Shown: in pieces, positions 1 through 10,247 of the stretch
Numbering within the stretch: the first letter of the stretch is position 1
Layout of the letters: each line of letters starts with the position of its first letter
Assembly: GCA_965247145.1 (NCBI GenBank)
Contig: CBDFGH010000008.1
Location: forward strand, 32,345 to 96,344
Reading direction: 5' to 3'
DNA: 64,000 bases
Origin: Rickettsiales bacterium
Lineage (GTDB): Bacteria > Pseudomonadota > Alphaproteobacteria > Rickettsiales > JAIXRX01
The notes under the pieces: generated by a model
What the model was told of the DNA's origin: nothing
Database searches by the model: none
What the model saw: the letters and a program-made list of their open reading frames with translations, nothing else
Translations under genes and position numbers: made by a program

Positions 1-213
1 CTGAGCATTCCACAGGCGCATGCCATTGCGCGATTGCTGACCTTAGAGGAACTGGACATCGCACGCGAAGCGCTGGAACCGTTCAGAGAGGGCCGTGGGG
101 AAGAGATCAACCGCAAACTGGTGAAACTGGAACAAACCGCCGCTTTCTTAAGCACCACCGACGACATCAACCACATCACCCAGCCGGAACGGGCGTACGA
201 CCGGCCGCGCTAA
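1..213 (+). CDS. 3' end of a hypothetical protein (partial, runs off the window start)
   Basis: Frame 1 is open from base 1 to TAA at 211-213 (LSIPQAHAIARLL...QPERAYDRPR*) and converges on the esterase gene. Confidence 0.55.
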   Translation: MSIPQAHAIARLLTLEELDIAREALEPFREGRGEEINRKLVKLEQTAAFLSTTDDINHITQPERAYDRPR

Positions 214-860
214 GCGCCGAACGCCTTTAGTAGAAACCGCACGCAGGCCTCCAGCCCTTCGGGGTCGATGCCGTGGCCGAGCATGGGGCGGGTGTGCACT
301 TCCAGCGGAACGCCCGCCGCTTTGAGCGCAGTTTCCGCCAGGCCCAGCGCCACGAAGGGCACGATCATGTCCTGCTCGCCGTGGATGAGGCAGACGGGCG
401 GTTTGCTCTTGATCTGGCCCGGCAGGGCTTCCGACCCCAGCAGCGCACCGGAAAAGCCGACCACACCCGCCAGCAGGGAGCTGCGGCGCAGGCCGACATG
501 CAGTGCCATCATGCTACCCTGCGAAAACCCGACCAAAGCGGTCTGCGCGTCGCTCAAGCCATATTTCGCCTGTTGTTCGGTGACGAAGGCATCCAGCCCC
601 GCCTCGGCCTGCGTGCTGCCCGCGAACATGGCAGCGGGCGTGCGGTCCTGCAGCGAGAACCATTGGAAACCGTACGGGCTCATGTCGCAGCGCTGCGGTG
701 CGTTCGACGCATTGAACACCGCATCCGGCAGCACCTGCGCCACGGCGGGCGCGAGGTCGATGAGATCCGCCCCGTCCGCACCCAGGCCGTGCAGCAGGAT
801 GATCAATTGTTTGGGCACGCCGCCGGAAGCGGGGCCGAAGGTGGGGCCGGAAAGGGACAT
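210..860 (-). CDS. Phospholipase/carboxylesterase (alpha/beta hydrolase, YpfH-like)
   Basis: LHGLGA, GFSQG nucleophile motif, HGEQD and GHGI motifs. Start placed at ATG 860 because the extension to 887 runs into a palindromic repeat. Confidence 0.9.
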   Translation of the reverse strand: MSLSGPTFGPASGGVPKQLIILLHGLGADGADLIDLAPAVAQVLPDAVFNASNAPQRCDMSPYGFQWFSLQDRTPAAMFAGSTQAEAGLDAFVTEQQAKYGLSDAQTALVGFSQGSMMALHVGLRRSSLLAGVVGFSGALLGSEALPGQIKSKPPVCLIHGEQDMIVPFVALGLAETALKAAGVPLEVHTRPMLGHGIDPEGLEACVRFLLKAFGA

Positions 861-881
861 GTCAAAACTCGCTCTAGGATT

Positions 882-957
882 CGTCATCCTGCGCGAAGTC
901 GCAGGATCTGGTTGGTGTATGCGGCGTAGGGATCCTGCGACTTCGCGCAGGATGACG
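882..957. repeat. Palindromic REP/RPE-like element (GTCATCCTGCG subfamily)
   Basis: CGTCATCCTGCGCGAAGTCGCAGGATC ... GATCCTGCGACTTCGCGCAGGATGACG inverted arms; near-identical copy at 20677-20750. Confidence 0.9.
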
Positions 958-1048
958 TTGCTGGAGAAGTGACATAGGTGCTGCTGGAACTTTTGGCAAA
1001 TAACCCAAACTATTTGCGGATGCGCTCCGGGGCGCTTAAGTATGGGGC

Positions 1049-3931
1049 ATGTCCAATTTCGATCTCTTCGCCCCTGCCCCGGCGCCCGCCCCCGAACCCG
1101 GCGCCGCCCCGGCGCCCACCCCCGGCCTAGCGGGCAAGCGCCTGTATCTGGTGGATGGCTCGGGCTTCATCTTCCGCGCCTTTCATGCGCTGCCGAAGCT
1201 GACGCGCGGCGACGGCACGCCCGTGGGCGCGGTCATCGGCTTCATGAACATGATGATGAAGCTGATGGACGGTCACAGCACCGACTATGCCGCTGTCATC
1301 TTCGATGCGGGCCGCCACACTTTCCGCAACCGCATGTACGACCAATACAAAGCCAACCGCGGGGAACCGCCCGAAGAACTGATTCCCCAATTCCCCCTGG
1401 TGCGCGAAGCCACCCGCGCCATGAACCTGCCCGCCCTCGAAGTGGTGGATTTCGAGGCGGACGATCTGATCGCGACCTACACGAAACAGGGCGTGGCCGC
1501 AGGCATGGAAGTGGTCATCGTCTCCTCCGACAAGGATCTGATGCAGCTGATCGAGCCCGGCGTGTGGCTGTTCGACGCGATGAAGAACAAGGAAATGCAC
1601 GAAGACGCCGTGCAGGAAAAATTCGGCGTGGCCCCGGACCAGTTGGGGGACGTGCTGGCGCTGATGGGCGATAGTTCGGACAATATCCCCGGCGTGCCCG
1701 GCATCGGCCCCAAAACCGCCGCCGAGCTGATCCAGCAATTCGGTAGCCTGGAAGGCTTGCTTGCGGGACTCGACCAGGTAAAGCAGCCGAAACGCCGCGA
1801 CGTGCTGGCCCTGCACGCGGAAAACGCCCGCCTCAGCCGCCGCCTCGTCGCGCTGGTCGAAGACGCGCCCGTGCCGATGCCGCTCGAAGAACTCATCATC
1901 CGCGCCCCCGACCCCGCCATGCTGATCGATTTCGTGCGCCAGCAAGGCTTCCGCGCGCTGCTGTCGAAGCTGCAGGACCGGTATGGCGTGATGGAAGGCA
2001 CCGCCGCCGTGCCGGACGAAACGCGCAAGGAAAGCGGTATAGCGAAAGCGGCTTATTTCAGCGCCAAACCCGCAGCCCCCACTGTGCAGACGACCGTCGA
2101 AGCCGCGTCCATCGACCGCACGAAATACCAGCTCGTCCAATCCATCGACGAACTCCACGCTTTGCTCAAGCGCGCCACCGAATCCGGGCGTTTCGTCTTC
2201 GACACCGAAACCACCGGGCTGGATGCGCTGCGCGCCAATCTCGTCGGCGTCTCCTTCGCGCTTGCGCCGAACGAAGCGTTCTACATTCCCCTCGGCCATG
2301 TCGATATGCTCGACCAGCCCATTCCCGGCCAGATTCCGTTGCAAGGCGCAATTGCCCTTCTCAAGCCCGTTCTGGAAGACCCGGCGGTGCTGAAGGTCGG
2401 GCACAACATCAAATACGACGCGCTGGTGCTGCGCAGCCACGGTATCGTCACCGCGCCCTTCGCGGATACCATCGTGATGAGCTACACGCTCAATGCCGGG
2501 GTGCACCCGCACAATATGGACCTGCTGGCGGAGCGTTACCTCAAGCACCTCACCATCAGCTACGACGATGTGACGGGCAAAGGCCGCGCGCGCAAGAATT
2601 TCGCCCAGGTCGATCTGCCCGAAGCCTGCGCCTATGCGGCGGAAGATGCGGACGTGACGCTGCGGCTGTATGAATTTTTCTGGCCGCAGATCGTCGAAAA
2701 GAAACTGCTGCGCGTCTATGAGATGGATGTCGGCATTATCCCCGTATTGATCGAAATGGAACGGGCGGGCATCGCGGTGGACCGCGCGCATCTGGGCCTG
2801 CTCACCGGTATTCTCGCCACGCGGGCGGCGGAGCTGGAAACCGAGATCCATGCCATCGCGGGTCACCCTTTCTCCATCGGCTCCCCCAAACAACTGGGCG
2901 AAGTTTTATTCGGCGAGCAGAAGCTGCCCGGCGCGAAACGCAACGCGAAAACCGGGCAATATGCCACCGGCGCGGAATTGCTGGAGCAGCTTTCCGAAGA
3001 CGGCCATATCCTGCCCGCCAAGGTGCTCGAATGGCGGCAATCCACCAAGCTGATGAACACCTACACGGTCAGCCTGCCCGAACAGATCGACCCGCGCGAC
3101 GGGCGGGTGCATACCTCCTTCAACATCACCGGCGCCGCCACCGGGCGTCTTTCCTCATCCGAACCCAACCTGCAGAACATCCCCATCCGCACGGAGATCG
3201 GTCGGCGCATCCGCGATGCTTTCGTGGCCGAGCCGGGGAACAAATTGCTCAGCGCCGATTACTCCCAGATCGAGCTGCGTTTGCTGGCGCATGAGGCGGA
3301 TATCGTGGAGCTGAAGGAAGCTTTCCGCATCGGTCGCGACATCCACACCGCCACTGCCTCGCAGATGTTTCAGGTGCCGGTGGAGGAAGTGAACGGCGAT
3401 CTTAGGCGCAAAGCGAAGACGATCAATTTCGGCATCATCTACGGCATCAGCGCCCATGGCTTGGCGGTGCGGTTGCAGATCTCCCGCCAGGAAGCCGGGG
3501 CTTACATCGCACAATATTTCGAACAATATCCGGGTATCCGCGCCTACATGGAACGCAAAAAGGAAGAAGCGCGCGAGAAGGGCTACATCGAAACCGAATT
3601 CGGTCGCCGCGTGCATGTGCCCGGCATCAACGAACGCAACCCCAACATGCGCGCCTTCGCCGAACGCCAAGCCATCAACGCCCCCCTCCAAGGCACCGCC
3701 GCCGACATCATCAAACGCGCCATGCGCAGCCTGTCCCCCTTAATGGATGCGCATGCCGGGCGCGCCAGATTACTGCTGCAGGTGCATGACGAACTCGTCT
3801 TCGAAATCGAAGAAACCCTCGCCCCCACCCTCGCCCCCCAGATCAAAAAAATCATGGAAACCGCCGCCCACCTCTCCGTGCCTTTGGTCGTAGAAACCGG
3901 CACCGGCCAACATTGGGGCGAGGCGCATTGA
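1049..3931 (+). CDS. polA: DNA polymerase I
   Basis: 5'-3' exonuclease (LVDGSGFIFRAFHA, GDSSDNIPGVPGIG), 3'-5' exonuclease (FDTETTG), polymerase motifs ADYSQIELR, KTINFGIIYG, QVHDEL. Confidence 0.99.
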   Translation: MSNFDLFAPAPAPAPEPGAAPAPTPGLAGKRLYLVDGSGFIFRAFHALPKLTRGDGTPVGAVIGFMNMMMKLMDGHSTDYAAVIFDAGRHTFRNRMYDQYKANRGEPPEELIPQFPLVREATRAMNLPALEVVDFEADDLIATYTKQGVAAGMEVVIVSSDKDLMQLIEPGVWLFDAMKNKEMHEDAVQEKFGVAPDQLGDVLALMGDSSDNIPGVPGIGPKTAAELIQQFGSLEGLLAGLDQVKQPKRRDVLALHAENARLSRRLVALVEDAPVPMPLEELIIRAPDPAMLIDFVRQQGFRALLSKLQDRYGVMEGTAAVPDETRKESGIAKAAYFSAKPAAPTVQTTVEAASIDRTKYQLVQSIDELHALLKRATESGRFVFDTETTGLDALRANLVGVSFALAPNEAFYIPLGHVDMLDQPIPGQIPLQGAIALLKPVLEDPAVLKVGHNIKYDALVLRSHGIVTAPFADTIVMSYTLNAGVHPHNMDLLAERYLKHLTISYDDVTGKGRARKNFAQVDLPEACAYAAEDADVTLRLYEFFWPQIVEKKLLRVYEMDVGIIPVLIEMERAGIAVDRAHLGLLTGILATRAAELETEIHAIAGHPFSIGSPKQLGEVLFGEQKLPGAKRNAKTGQYATGAELLEQLSEDGHILPAKVLEWRQSTKLMNTYTVSLPEQIDPRDGRVHTSFNITGAATGRLSSSEPNLQNIPIRTEIGRRIRDAFVAEPGNKLLSADYSQIELRLLAHEADIVELKEAFRIGRDIHTATASQMFQVPVEEVNGDLRRKAKTINFGIIYGISAHGLAVRLQISRQEAGAYIAQYFEQYPGIRAYMERKKEEAREKGYIETEFGRRVHVPGINERNPNMRAFAERQAINAPLQGTAADIIKRAMRSLSPLMDAHAGRARLLLQVHDELVFEIEETLAPTLAPQIKKIMETAAHLSVPLVVETGTGQHWGEAH

Positions 3932-4548
3932 TGCAGCCCGCCATCAGCGAAGGCCGTCTGGTCCGCCAGGCGCTTGGCGCGGATTGGGAGAAACTGCCGG
4001 AGACGGTCCGGGCGCGGTTCGCACAGGATCCGGCGGAGGTCACCCATTACACTGGCATCATGACGGAAGTGGCCTGCTCGCGCTTGGGTTGGCTGATGGC
4101 GCAGATGGGGCGGTTGGTGCGCGCACCGCTCATCCCCCACCAAGGGCATAACATTCGCATCGCGGTGCATGTGTTCGCCCCGGGAGATGGCAGCGTGATG
4201 AAGGAACGCACCTATTTCTTTCCCGGTAAAAAGCCGCTGCGCGTCACCTCCGCCATGCGCATCGGAGCGGCGGGATATTTTCAGGAATGCGTGCATGGCG
4301 GCATCGGCATGAATATGCGGATTTTTGCCGAAAACGATGCACTGCATTTCGTCAGCGATCATTATTTCTGCACCTTGTTCGGGCGGCAACGGCGCATCCC
4401 CCACCTTCTCACCCCCGGCACCACCCATGTGGTGCATTCGGATGCAGAGGATGGGCAGTTCCGCGTACATCTGGAAATGCATCACCCGCTTTTCGGGCGC
4501 ACCTTCCTGCAATCGGGATTGTTTCGCGAAACGGACGGTCGCCGTTAG
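3931..4548 (+). CDS. DUF4166-like protein
   Basis: ATG overlaps the polA stop (TGATG). Pattern LGADWEKLPETVRARF...HPLFGRTFLQSG is typical of DUF4166. Confidence 0.7.
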   Translation: MQPAISEGRLVRQALGADWEKLPETVRARFAQDPAEVTHYTGIMTEVACSRLGWLMAQMGRLVRAPLIPHQGHNIRIAVHVFAPGDGSVMKERTYFFPGKKPLRVTSAMRIGAAGYFQECVHGGIGMNMRIFAENDALHFVSDHYFCTLFGRQRRIPHLLTPGTTHVVHSDAEDGQFRVHLEMHHPLFGRTFLQSGLFRETDGRR

Positions 4549-5057
4549 AACGCAAGCCCGGATTGATGCTCGCCCGTGGCGAAATCCTTCCGGTGCTGGC
4601 GCAGATGACTCAATGCATCGCGCAAAGTATTTGCGGCGATCTGCGGAAAATCTTGCGGAGACACGGAAAAGATGTCGAGCGCGTCCGGGTGCATCAGCCG
4701 CAGCGCGTCTTTCAACACGGGAATCAAACGCCGGGCATCGGTCACTCGACTTGCCAACAAGACACGCTCTTTCTCGCACACGATACCTTGCGGCTTGCCG
4801 CTGCGTTGCGCCTGTTCGAGACATTCCAGCAAATCGGCGGCGGTAAGAAAGATTTCCCGGGTTTCCTTAAAATTCTGCCCGATGCGCTGCACTTTTTCGG
4901 CCTCGGTTCCAAGAACACAATGCGGATGCGACGACTCGCCACCACCGCCCAAAGCCAGTAAATGCGATGCCACTGCGCGGCAGCGATTGGAAAATTTCTT
5001 TTCCGTACTTTCCGAAGGAACATCGCAATCAGGATTGTGTTCGAGAATATTCGTCAT
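4545..5057 (-). CDS. Hypothetical protein (orphan, helical)
   Basis: ORF 4545-5213, probable start MTNILEHNPD at 5057; stop overlaps the DUF4166 stop; no recognisable motif. Confidence 0.5.
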   Translation of the reverse strand: MTNILEHNPDCDVPSESTEKKFSNRCRAVASHLLALGGGGESSHPHCVLGTEAEKVQRIGQNFKETREIFLTAADLLECLEQAQRSGKPQGIVCEKERVLLASRVTDARRLIPVLKDALRLMHPDALDIFSVSPQDFPQIAANTLRDALSHLRQHRKDFATGEHQSGLAF

Positions 5058-5238
5058 TCGCCATGGCCCGTGTGTTGAATAGATTAGGGGTTCGGTTGGG
5101 CAAGGTCGGTTTGTTGACGTATATTGGCCAGTTGAACGTCGATCTTCGCCAATGCTTCGCGGCGCATACGGTCGTAATCGCGTTCCACGCTTCGACGTGT
5201 ATCCAGATACCATCGGTCAAAATCACTCACGGCCATCA

Positions 5239-5784
5239 CTATACCCTGCCCTTATGTATCTCGGATTCTTTTGTTAACCCAGCCAATACATCCCGCTGCT
5301 TGAAACTGAAGATGGCTACGTTTTCCAGCGCCTTATCAATTAGTTGAACTGCGTCGAATTCGGCGGATGAGTTGTAGGAGCGACCGGTTTGCAGCGCTTG
5401 CGGTTTCAACGCTCCGATGTTGCCGCGTAAATCCTTCATTAGCCTCTCTTTGCCGTCGCGATCAATGGTGGCGATGGCGCGATAGATGTCACTGTTCAAG
5501 TCGATCGTCGACGGATCGCGCTCCAAAGCATCGCTCATGTTTAGTACGCCGAGCAGCAACTCATAACTGGCGACGAGCGGCTTGGCGCAGTCGACATTGG
5601 CACCGTGGGCATTGCGGTCCTTGTACGGTATATTGGCGGCAAGGTTGTTGCGGCCGAGCGGTTGACCCAGCAACGTGTAGAGCAGCAGACGCGCGGGTTG
5701 AACAGCATTACTCAGCGTTTTCGCGGCTTGGCGCAATTCCTCGATCTGTCTCGGGGTCGGTGTTTCGGTGGGGGCAGGCGGCAT
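5239..5784 (-). CDS. Hypothetical protein (orphan, helical)
   Basis: 181-aa ORF with GAGG upstream of the ATG; protein-like composition; no known motif. Confidence 0.6.
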   Translation of the reverse strand: MPPAPTETPTPRQIEELRQAAKTLSNAVQPARLLLYTLLGQPLGRNNLAANIPYKDRNAHGANVDCAKPLVASYELLLGVLNMSDALERDPSTIDLNSDIYRAIATIDRDGKERLMKDLRGNIGALKPQALQTGRSYNSSAEFDAVQLIDKALENVAIFSFKQRDVLAGLTKESEIHKGRV

Positions 5785-5993
5785 TCATACCTCGGTATTG
5801 ACTGGAACTATTCCCAGTGTAGCCGCCTTGCGTTACTATTTTATGAAGGCCGGGTAGTTTATCACCCCGGTTTCGCTTGCATCCCCTGCACCCGAGCGCT
5901 ATTTCCTAGCCCATGGAAAAGCCCGATTCCGGGCGAATGAACTACCTGCCCGGTTCCGGGCAGATGCACGTTTAGGAAAGGACGCGCCTTCGC

Positions 5994-7424
5994 ATGAGCA
6001 GTCTGGCCGTAGCCGAGGACAGTTTCGCCCGCAAATTGGGTACCGTCCGTATCGGCGGCAAGGAAGTGTTTCCGATCATCGAAGGCGGCAAAGGCGTGGC
6101 GATCACGACCGGCCACACCGCAGGCGCGTTCGCCGCCGCCGGAGCCGTGGGTACTTTTTCGGGCGTAAACGCCGATTTTTACGACGAAAACGGTGAAGTC
6201 ATCCCGCAGATCTATTATGCCTCCACCCGCCGCGAGCGGCACGAGGAGTTGGTCGCCTTCGGTATCAAGGGCGGCATCGAGCAGGCGCGCATCGCGCATG
6301 AGATTTCCGGCGGCCAGGGCCGGGTGCATATGAATATCCTGTGGGAAATGGGCGGCGCGGAGCGCGTGCTGCGCGGTATTCTCGAAGGCGCACCGGGCAT
6401 GGTGCATGGCGTGACCTGCGGCGCGGGCATGCCCTACAAACTCAGCGAGATCGCCGCCGAATACGGGGTCTATTATTACCCGATCGTTTCTTCCATGCGC
6501 GCTTTCCGCGCTTTGTGGAAGCGTGCCTATTCCAAAACGGTCGAATTGCTGGGCGGTATCGTGTATGAAGACCCCTGGCTGGCGGGCGGACATAATGGCC
6601 TCTCCAACGGCGAAGACCCCACCAAACCCGGCGACCCCTACCCCCGCGTGGCGGAACTCCGCACCTTCATGAACGAAATGGGCCTGCATCATGTGCCAAT
6701 CATCATGGCGGGCGGTGCATGGTATCTGAAGGATTGGGAGCATTGGCTCGACAATCCCGAAATCGGCCCCGTCGCCTTCCAGTTCGGCACCCGGCCGCTG
6801 CTGACTCAGGAATATCCGATCTCGGACGCCTGGAAACGCAAGCTGATGGCGCTGCGTCCGGGGGATGTGTTCCTGAACCGCTTCAGCCCCACGGGGTTCT
6901 ATTCCAGCGGCGTGAACAATGCCTTCATTCAGGAATTGCGCGGCCGCGAAGAGCGCCAGATTCCCTTCGTCACCGAGCCGAGCGGCTATCTCAGCGAGCC
7001 CTTCCCCTTCGGCCCCCGCAAACGCCCGATCTATATGACGCCCGAGGATAAGGAAAAGGCCGATCAATGGGTCAGCCTCGGCTTCGAGGAAGCGATGAAA
7101 ACGCCGGACGATACCTTGATTTTCATCAGCAAAGAAAAGCAGGAAGAAATCGTTAAAGACCAGATCGAATGCATGGGCTGCCTCAGCCACTGCCGCTTCT
7201 CGAACTGGAAGGACCATGACGATTTCACCACCGGCAAAAAAGCCGATCCGCGCAGCTTCTGCATTCAGAAAACCCTGCAGGATATCGGGCATGGCGGGGA
7301 TGTGGAGCACAATCTCATGTTTGCCGGCCACAACGCCTATAAATTCGCCCAAGACCCCTTCTATTCGAACGGCTTCGTACCCACCGTCAAACAACTGGTC
7401 GAACGCATACTCAGCGGATATTAA
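5994..7424 (+). CDS. Nitronate monooxygenase-family flavin oxidoreductase
   Basis: PIIEGGKGV, GVTCGAGMPY, EDPWLAGGHNG and FQFGTR motifs with C-terminal CMGCLSHC. Confidence 0.9.
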   Translation: MSSLAVAEDSFARKLGTVRIGGKEVFPIIEGGKGVAITTGHTAGAFAAAGAVGTFSGVNADFYDENGEVIPQIYYASTRRERHEELVAFGIKGGIEQARIAHEISGGQGRVHMNILWEMGGAERVLRGILEGAPGMVHGVTCGAGMPYKLSEIAAEYGVYYYPIVSSMRAFRALWKRAYSKTVELLGGIVYEDPWLAGGHNGLSNGEDPTKPGDPYPRVAELRTFMNEMGLHHVPIIMAGGAWYLKDWEHWLDNPEIGPVAFQFGTRPLLTQEYPISDAWKRKLMALRPGDVFLNRFSPTGFYSSGVNNAFIQELRGREERQIPFVTEPSGYLSEPFPFGPRKRPIYMTPEDKEKADQWVSLGFEEAMKTPDDTLIFISKEKQEEIVKDQIECMGCLSHCRFSNWKDHDDFTTGKKADPRSFCIQKTLQDIGHGGDVEHNLMFAGHNAYKFAQDPFYSNGFVPTVKQLVERILSGY

Positions 7425-7531
7425 AAAACGCTGGCAGCGAATTACTGTACTATGCTATCCTAAGGCCCTGAATCACATAATTGCATTGCATGCTTATGCG
7501 ATGCCGACAGAAATCGGATGAACGGGTGGCC

Positions 7532-7948
7532 ATGCTGAGAGAACAATATCACGATATTGCGCAGCGTCTGCATCAAGCGGGTATGCGGCCTACCCGCCAG
7601 CGCCTGATGCTCGGGCATTTGATCCTTTCCCGTGGTCATCGCCATATGACCGCCGAGGCTCTGTACCGCGAATCCCGATTGCTGAGTTCCCAGGTCTCGC
7701 TTGCTACGGTCTATAATACTTTACATCAGTTTATGGCCTGCGGCCTATTGAAAGAAATCGTGGTGGATGGCGGCCGCGCTTATTTCGACACCAACACCGA
7801 AGTGCATCACCATTTCTACACCCCCGAAACCGGAGAGCTGGTGGATGTGCCGCATCACCATGTCGAAATCCTCCGGTTACCGAGTTTGCCCGAAGGCATG
7901 GCGGTCGATCAGGTGGATGTAATGATCCGTCTGAAGCGCGCGGCGTAA
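7532..7948 (+). CDS. irr: Fur-family iron response regulator (Irr-like)
   Basis: GMRPTRQR, HMTAE, SLATVYNTLHQF, YFDTNTEVHHHFY; no CxxC motifs, as in Irr. Confidence 0.88.
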   Translation: MLREQYHDIAQRLHQAGMRPTRQRLMLGHLILSRGHRHMTAEALYRESRLLSSQVSLATVYNTLHQFMACGLLKEIVVDGGRAYFDTNTEVHHHFYTPETGELVDVPHHHVEILRLPSLPEGMAVDQVDVMIRLKRAA

Positions 7949-8003
7949 GCAGACCGGTGTAGACGAACTCGACATTGCCATGAATCGGCGCTAGGTTCTT
8001 CCC

Positions 8004-8774
8004 ATGTTCATCACTGCCGATTTCGATTATCAGCGTCAATATGCTCGGCACCTGAATTTGGCGGAGTTTGGCGAAGCGGCGCAGTTGCGCCTTCATTCTT
8101 CCCATGCATTGATTGTCGGGGCCGGAGGGTTGGGCTCCGCTTCCGCCAGTTATCTTGCCGCCGCCGGGATCGGTAAGATCACATTGGTAGATTTCGACCG
8201 CGTCGAACTTTCCAACCTGCACCGCCAGATATTACACGAGCGTGGCGACATAGGACGCCCGAAAGTGCATAGCGCAACGGACCGCCTGCGCGATCTCAAT
8301 CCAGATGTGCATATTCGCGTATTCGACGCACGGATCGAACATATCCTTGCCGCGCCAGGCGCGCTGGACGACATCGATGTGGTGCTTGACGGCAGCGACC
8401 GCTTCGAGACGCGACTGGAAGTGAACATGGCTTGCGTATCGGAAGGCGTGCCCCTGGTATCCGCTGCCATTCTGGGCTGGGAAGGGCAAATCGGCGTATT
8501 TGCGGGACATCTGCCCGATCAGCCGTGTTATGCCTGTCTCGTCCCCGAAGTGCCGCCGGATGCGCCGAACTGCCGCAGCAATGGTATTCTCGGGCCGGTG
8601 GCCGGTATCTTCGGCAGTTGGCAAGCGATGGAAGCCATCAAGATCGTGACGGCAACCGGTATGCCTTTGCTTGGGCGCCTCGCGCGGCTCGATGGCCGCA
8701 CCGGGCGCATGCAGGAAAGTCTTCTGCAAAAAGATGCTTCCTGCCCTATTTGCGGGCCGCAATCCGTGGGCTGA
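8004..8774 (+). CDS. moeB: MoeB/ThiF-family adenylyltransferase
   Basis: YARH, GAGGLGS, DFDRVELSNLHRQ, CYAC and C-terminal CPIC. Confidence 0.9.
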   Translation: MFITADFDYQRQYARHLNLAEFGEAAQLRLHSSHALIVGAGGLGSASASYLAAAGIGKITLVDFDRVELSNLHRQILHERGDIGRPKVHSATDRLRDLNPDVHIRVFDARIEHILAAPGALDDIDVVLDGSDRFETRLEVNMACVSEGVPLVSAAILGWEGQIGVFAGHLPDQPCYACLVPEVPPDAPNCRSNGILGPVAGIFGSWQAMEAIKIVTATGMPLLGRLARLDGRTGRMQESLLQKDASCPICGPQSVG

Positions 8775-8858
8775 GCTATCCGCGCGCCTATGCCGAGACT
8801 TGCACGCGACGACGATTTACGGCACGCTGCGGCTCTCCTTTCCTACATATGTGCTACC

Positions 8859-9413
8859 ATGATCCGACTGCCGCGAGCCTTTCCGTTCCTTGCTTTCCTG
8901 CCGCTCGCATGGCTAACGCCCCTGCCTGTCTCCGCCGCTGACCAAGCCCCCAGGCCCGCAACGGAGGAAAGCGCCGCGACGGATGAAGATGCGAAAGCCG
9001 ATGCCCTGCCCCTGCCGCGTTTTGCCTCCCTGCGCAACGGCGAGGCCAATGTGCGCGTGGGCCCGGGCAAGCAATATCCCATGCGTTGGATTTATCATCG
9101 CGCAGGTCTGCCGGTGGAAATCATTGAACAATATGAATATTGGCGCAAAATTCGCGACCCTGACGGCGATACGGGCTGGATTCATAAATCCATGCTCAAC
9201 GGCCACCGCAGCGCCATCGTCAAAGGCGGCGTGCGCCTGTTATTGCGCCAGCCTGAAACCGGAGCGGGCATCGTATTGCGCGCCGAGCCGGGCGTTTCGG
9301 GCGATCTTATCGCCTGCGAAGCCGCTTGGTGCCGCATTCAGATTCACAGCCGCAAGGGCTGGCTGCCGAAGACGCAGTTTTTCGGCGCCTATCCGGACGA
9401 AGTGTTTCAATAA
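8859..9413 (+). CDS. Secreted bacterial SH3-domain protein (two SH3_4-type domains)
   Basis: Signal peptide, LPLPRFASL, NVRVGPG, WRKIRDPDGDTGWIHKSML. Confidence 0.88.
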   Translation: MIRLPRAFPFLAFLPLAWLTPLPVSAADQAPRPATEESAATDEDAKADALPLPRFASLRNGEANVRVGPGKQYPMRWIYHRAGLPVEIIEQYEYWRKIRDPDGDTGWIHKSMLNGHRSAIVKGGVRLLLRQPETGAGIVLRAEPGVSGDLIACEAAWCRIQIHSRKGWLPKTQFFGAYPDEVFQ

Positions 9414-9476
9414 CCGTCATGAAAACGTAACCTTGGGGGTATATTCTAGTGCATCGCACTTTCGCGGGTAGGGATC

Positions 9477-10244
9477 ATGATCAATCGCAGCGCCATCGAC
9501 CAGAATTTCGAACAAGTTGCCCTGGAGCTTGGGGTACTCACGCCTGAGCAGGAACGCCAGGTGTCCGAAGCCGTGCGCAATCATCCGCAGCCCGTCCCCG
9601 CTGGCGGCCAAGTCGCGATCAATCTGGGCTTCCTCGATATGGAGGTGAAGACCGCCGTGTTGATGGCCCAGAGCGGCGAACGCATGCTGCAAGCGCTGGA
9701 AGCCGCCCAGGCGCCGGAAGGCGACCCCGCCGCCCAGGCACGCCTTACCAAATATCAGGAACCCCAACGCTTCAACCGTCTGGGCACGGTAGCGGGCGAA
9801 GACCCCGCGCTGGCGCGCACGCAGAACCAGTGGAAACAGGCCGAGAACTATGCCTTGAAACGCCGCCTGCCGGGTGCGGATGTGACGCCGGAAAAAGACG
9901 CCGCCGCCCGCGAATTCATTCTTACCAACGCCGAGCAATCCTACCGCTTCGCCGCCGCTTGGATGAAGGTGCGCGCACAGGAAATCAGCCCGCAAGATCC
10001 AGCAAAAGCCGCACTCATGCAGAAAGCCGGAATGGAGCTGGAAGTCAGCGCCCAAGCCATTTTCGTGGATGCCCGCGCGCGCTTCAGCGTGCCCGCCGAG
10101 TCGCGCCCCACGGCGGAGCAATTCGAATTTTCGGTGCAGCAATACCGCGAGCGCGAACGCGCCAAAGCCGAAGGCAAAAGCTGGGTGGCCAGCACGGGTC
10201 GCCCGCCCGCAGGGCCGGAAGGCGGAACGCCGGGCGGCTTGTAG
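9477..10244 (+). CDS. Hypothetical protein with degenerate MshEN-like N-terminus
   Basis: FEQVALELGVLTPEQ...GGQVAINLGFLD tandem motif; remainder unrecognised. Confidence 0.65.
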   Translation: MINRSAIDQNFEQVALELGVLTPEQERQVSEAVRNHPQPVPAGGQVAINLGFLDMEVKTAVLMAQSGERMLQALEAAQAPEGDPAAQARLTKYQEPQRFNRLGTVAGEDPALARTQNQWKQAENYALKRRLPGADVTPEKDAAAREFILTNAEQSYRFAAAWMKVRAQEISPQDPAKAALMQKAGMELEVSAQAIFVDARARFSVPAESRPTAEQFEFSVQQYRERERAKAEGKSWVASTGRPPAGPEGGTPGGL

Positions 10245-10247
10245 CGC

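Noticed and set aside
1070-1130. Pro/Ala repeat at the PolA N-terminus
   Set aside because: Short low-complexity extension with no sign of a mobile or functional repeat.
1127-2893. Long antisense and alternate-frame ORFs (e.g. 1127-2893, 5862-7394, 14239-16017, 18385-19959, 30778-32307, 48046-49299)
   Set aside because: Shadow ORFs expected in high-GC DNA opposite well-supported genes; no protein motifs.
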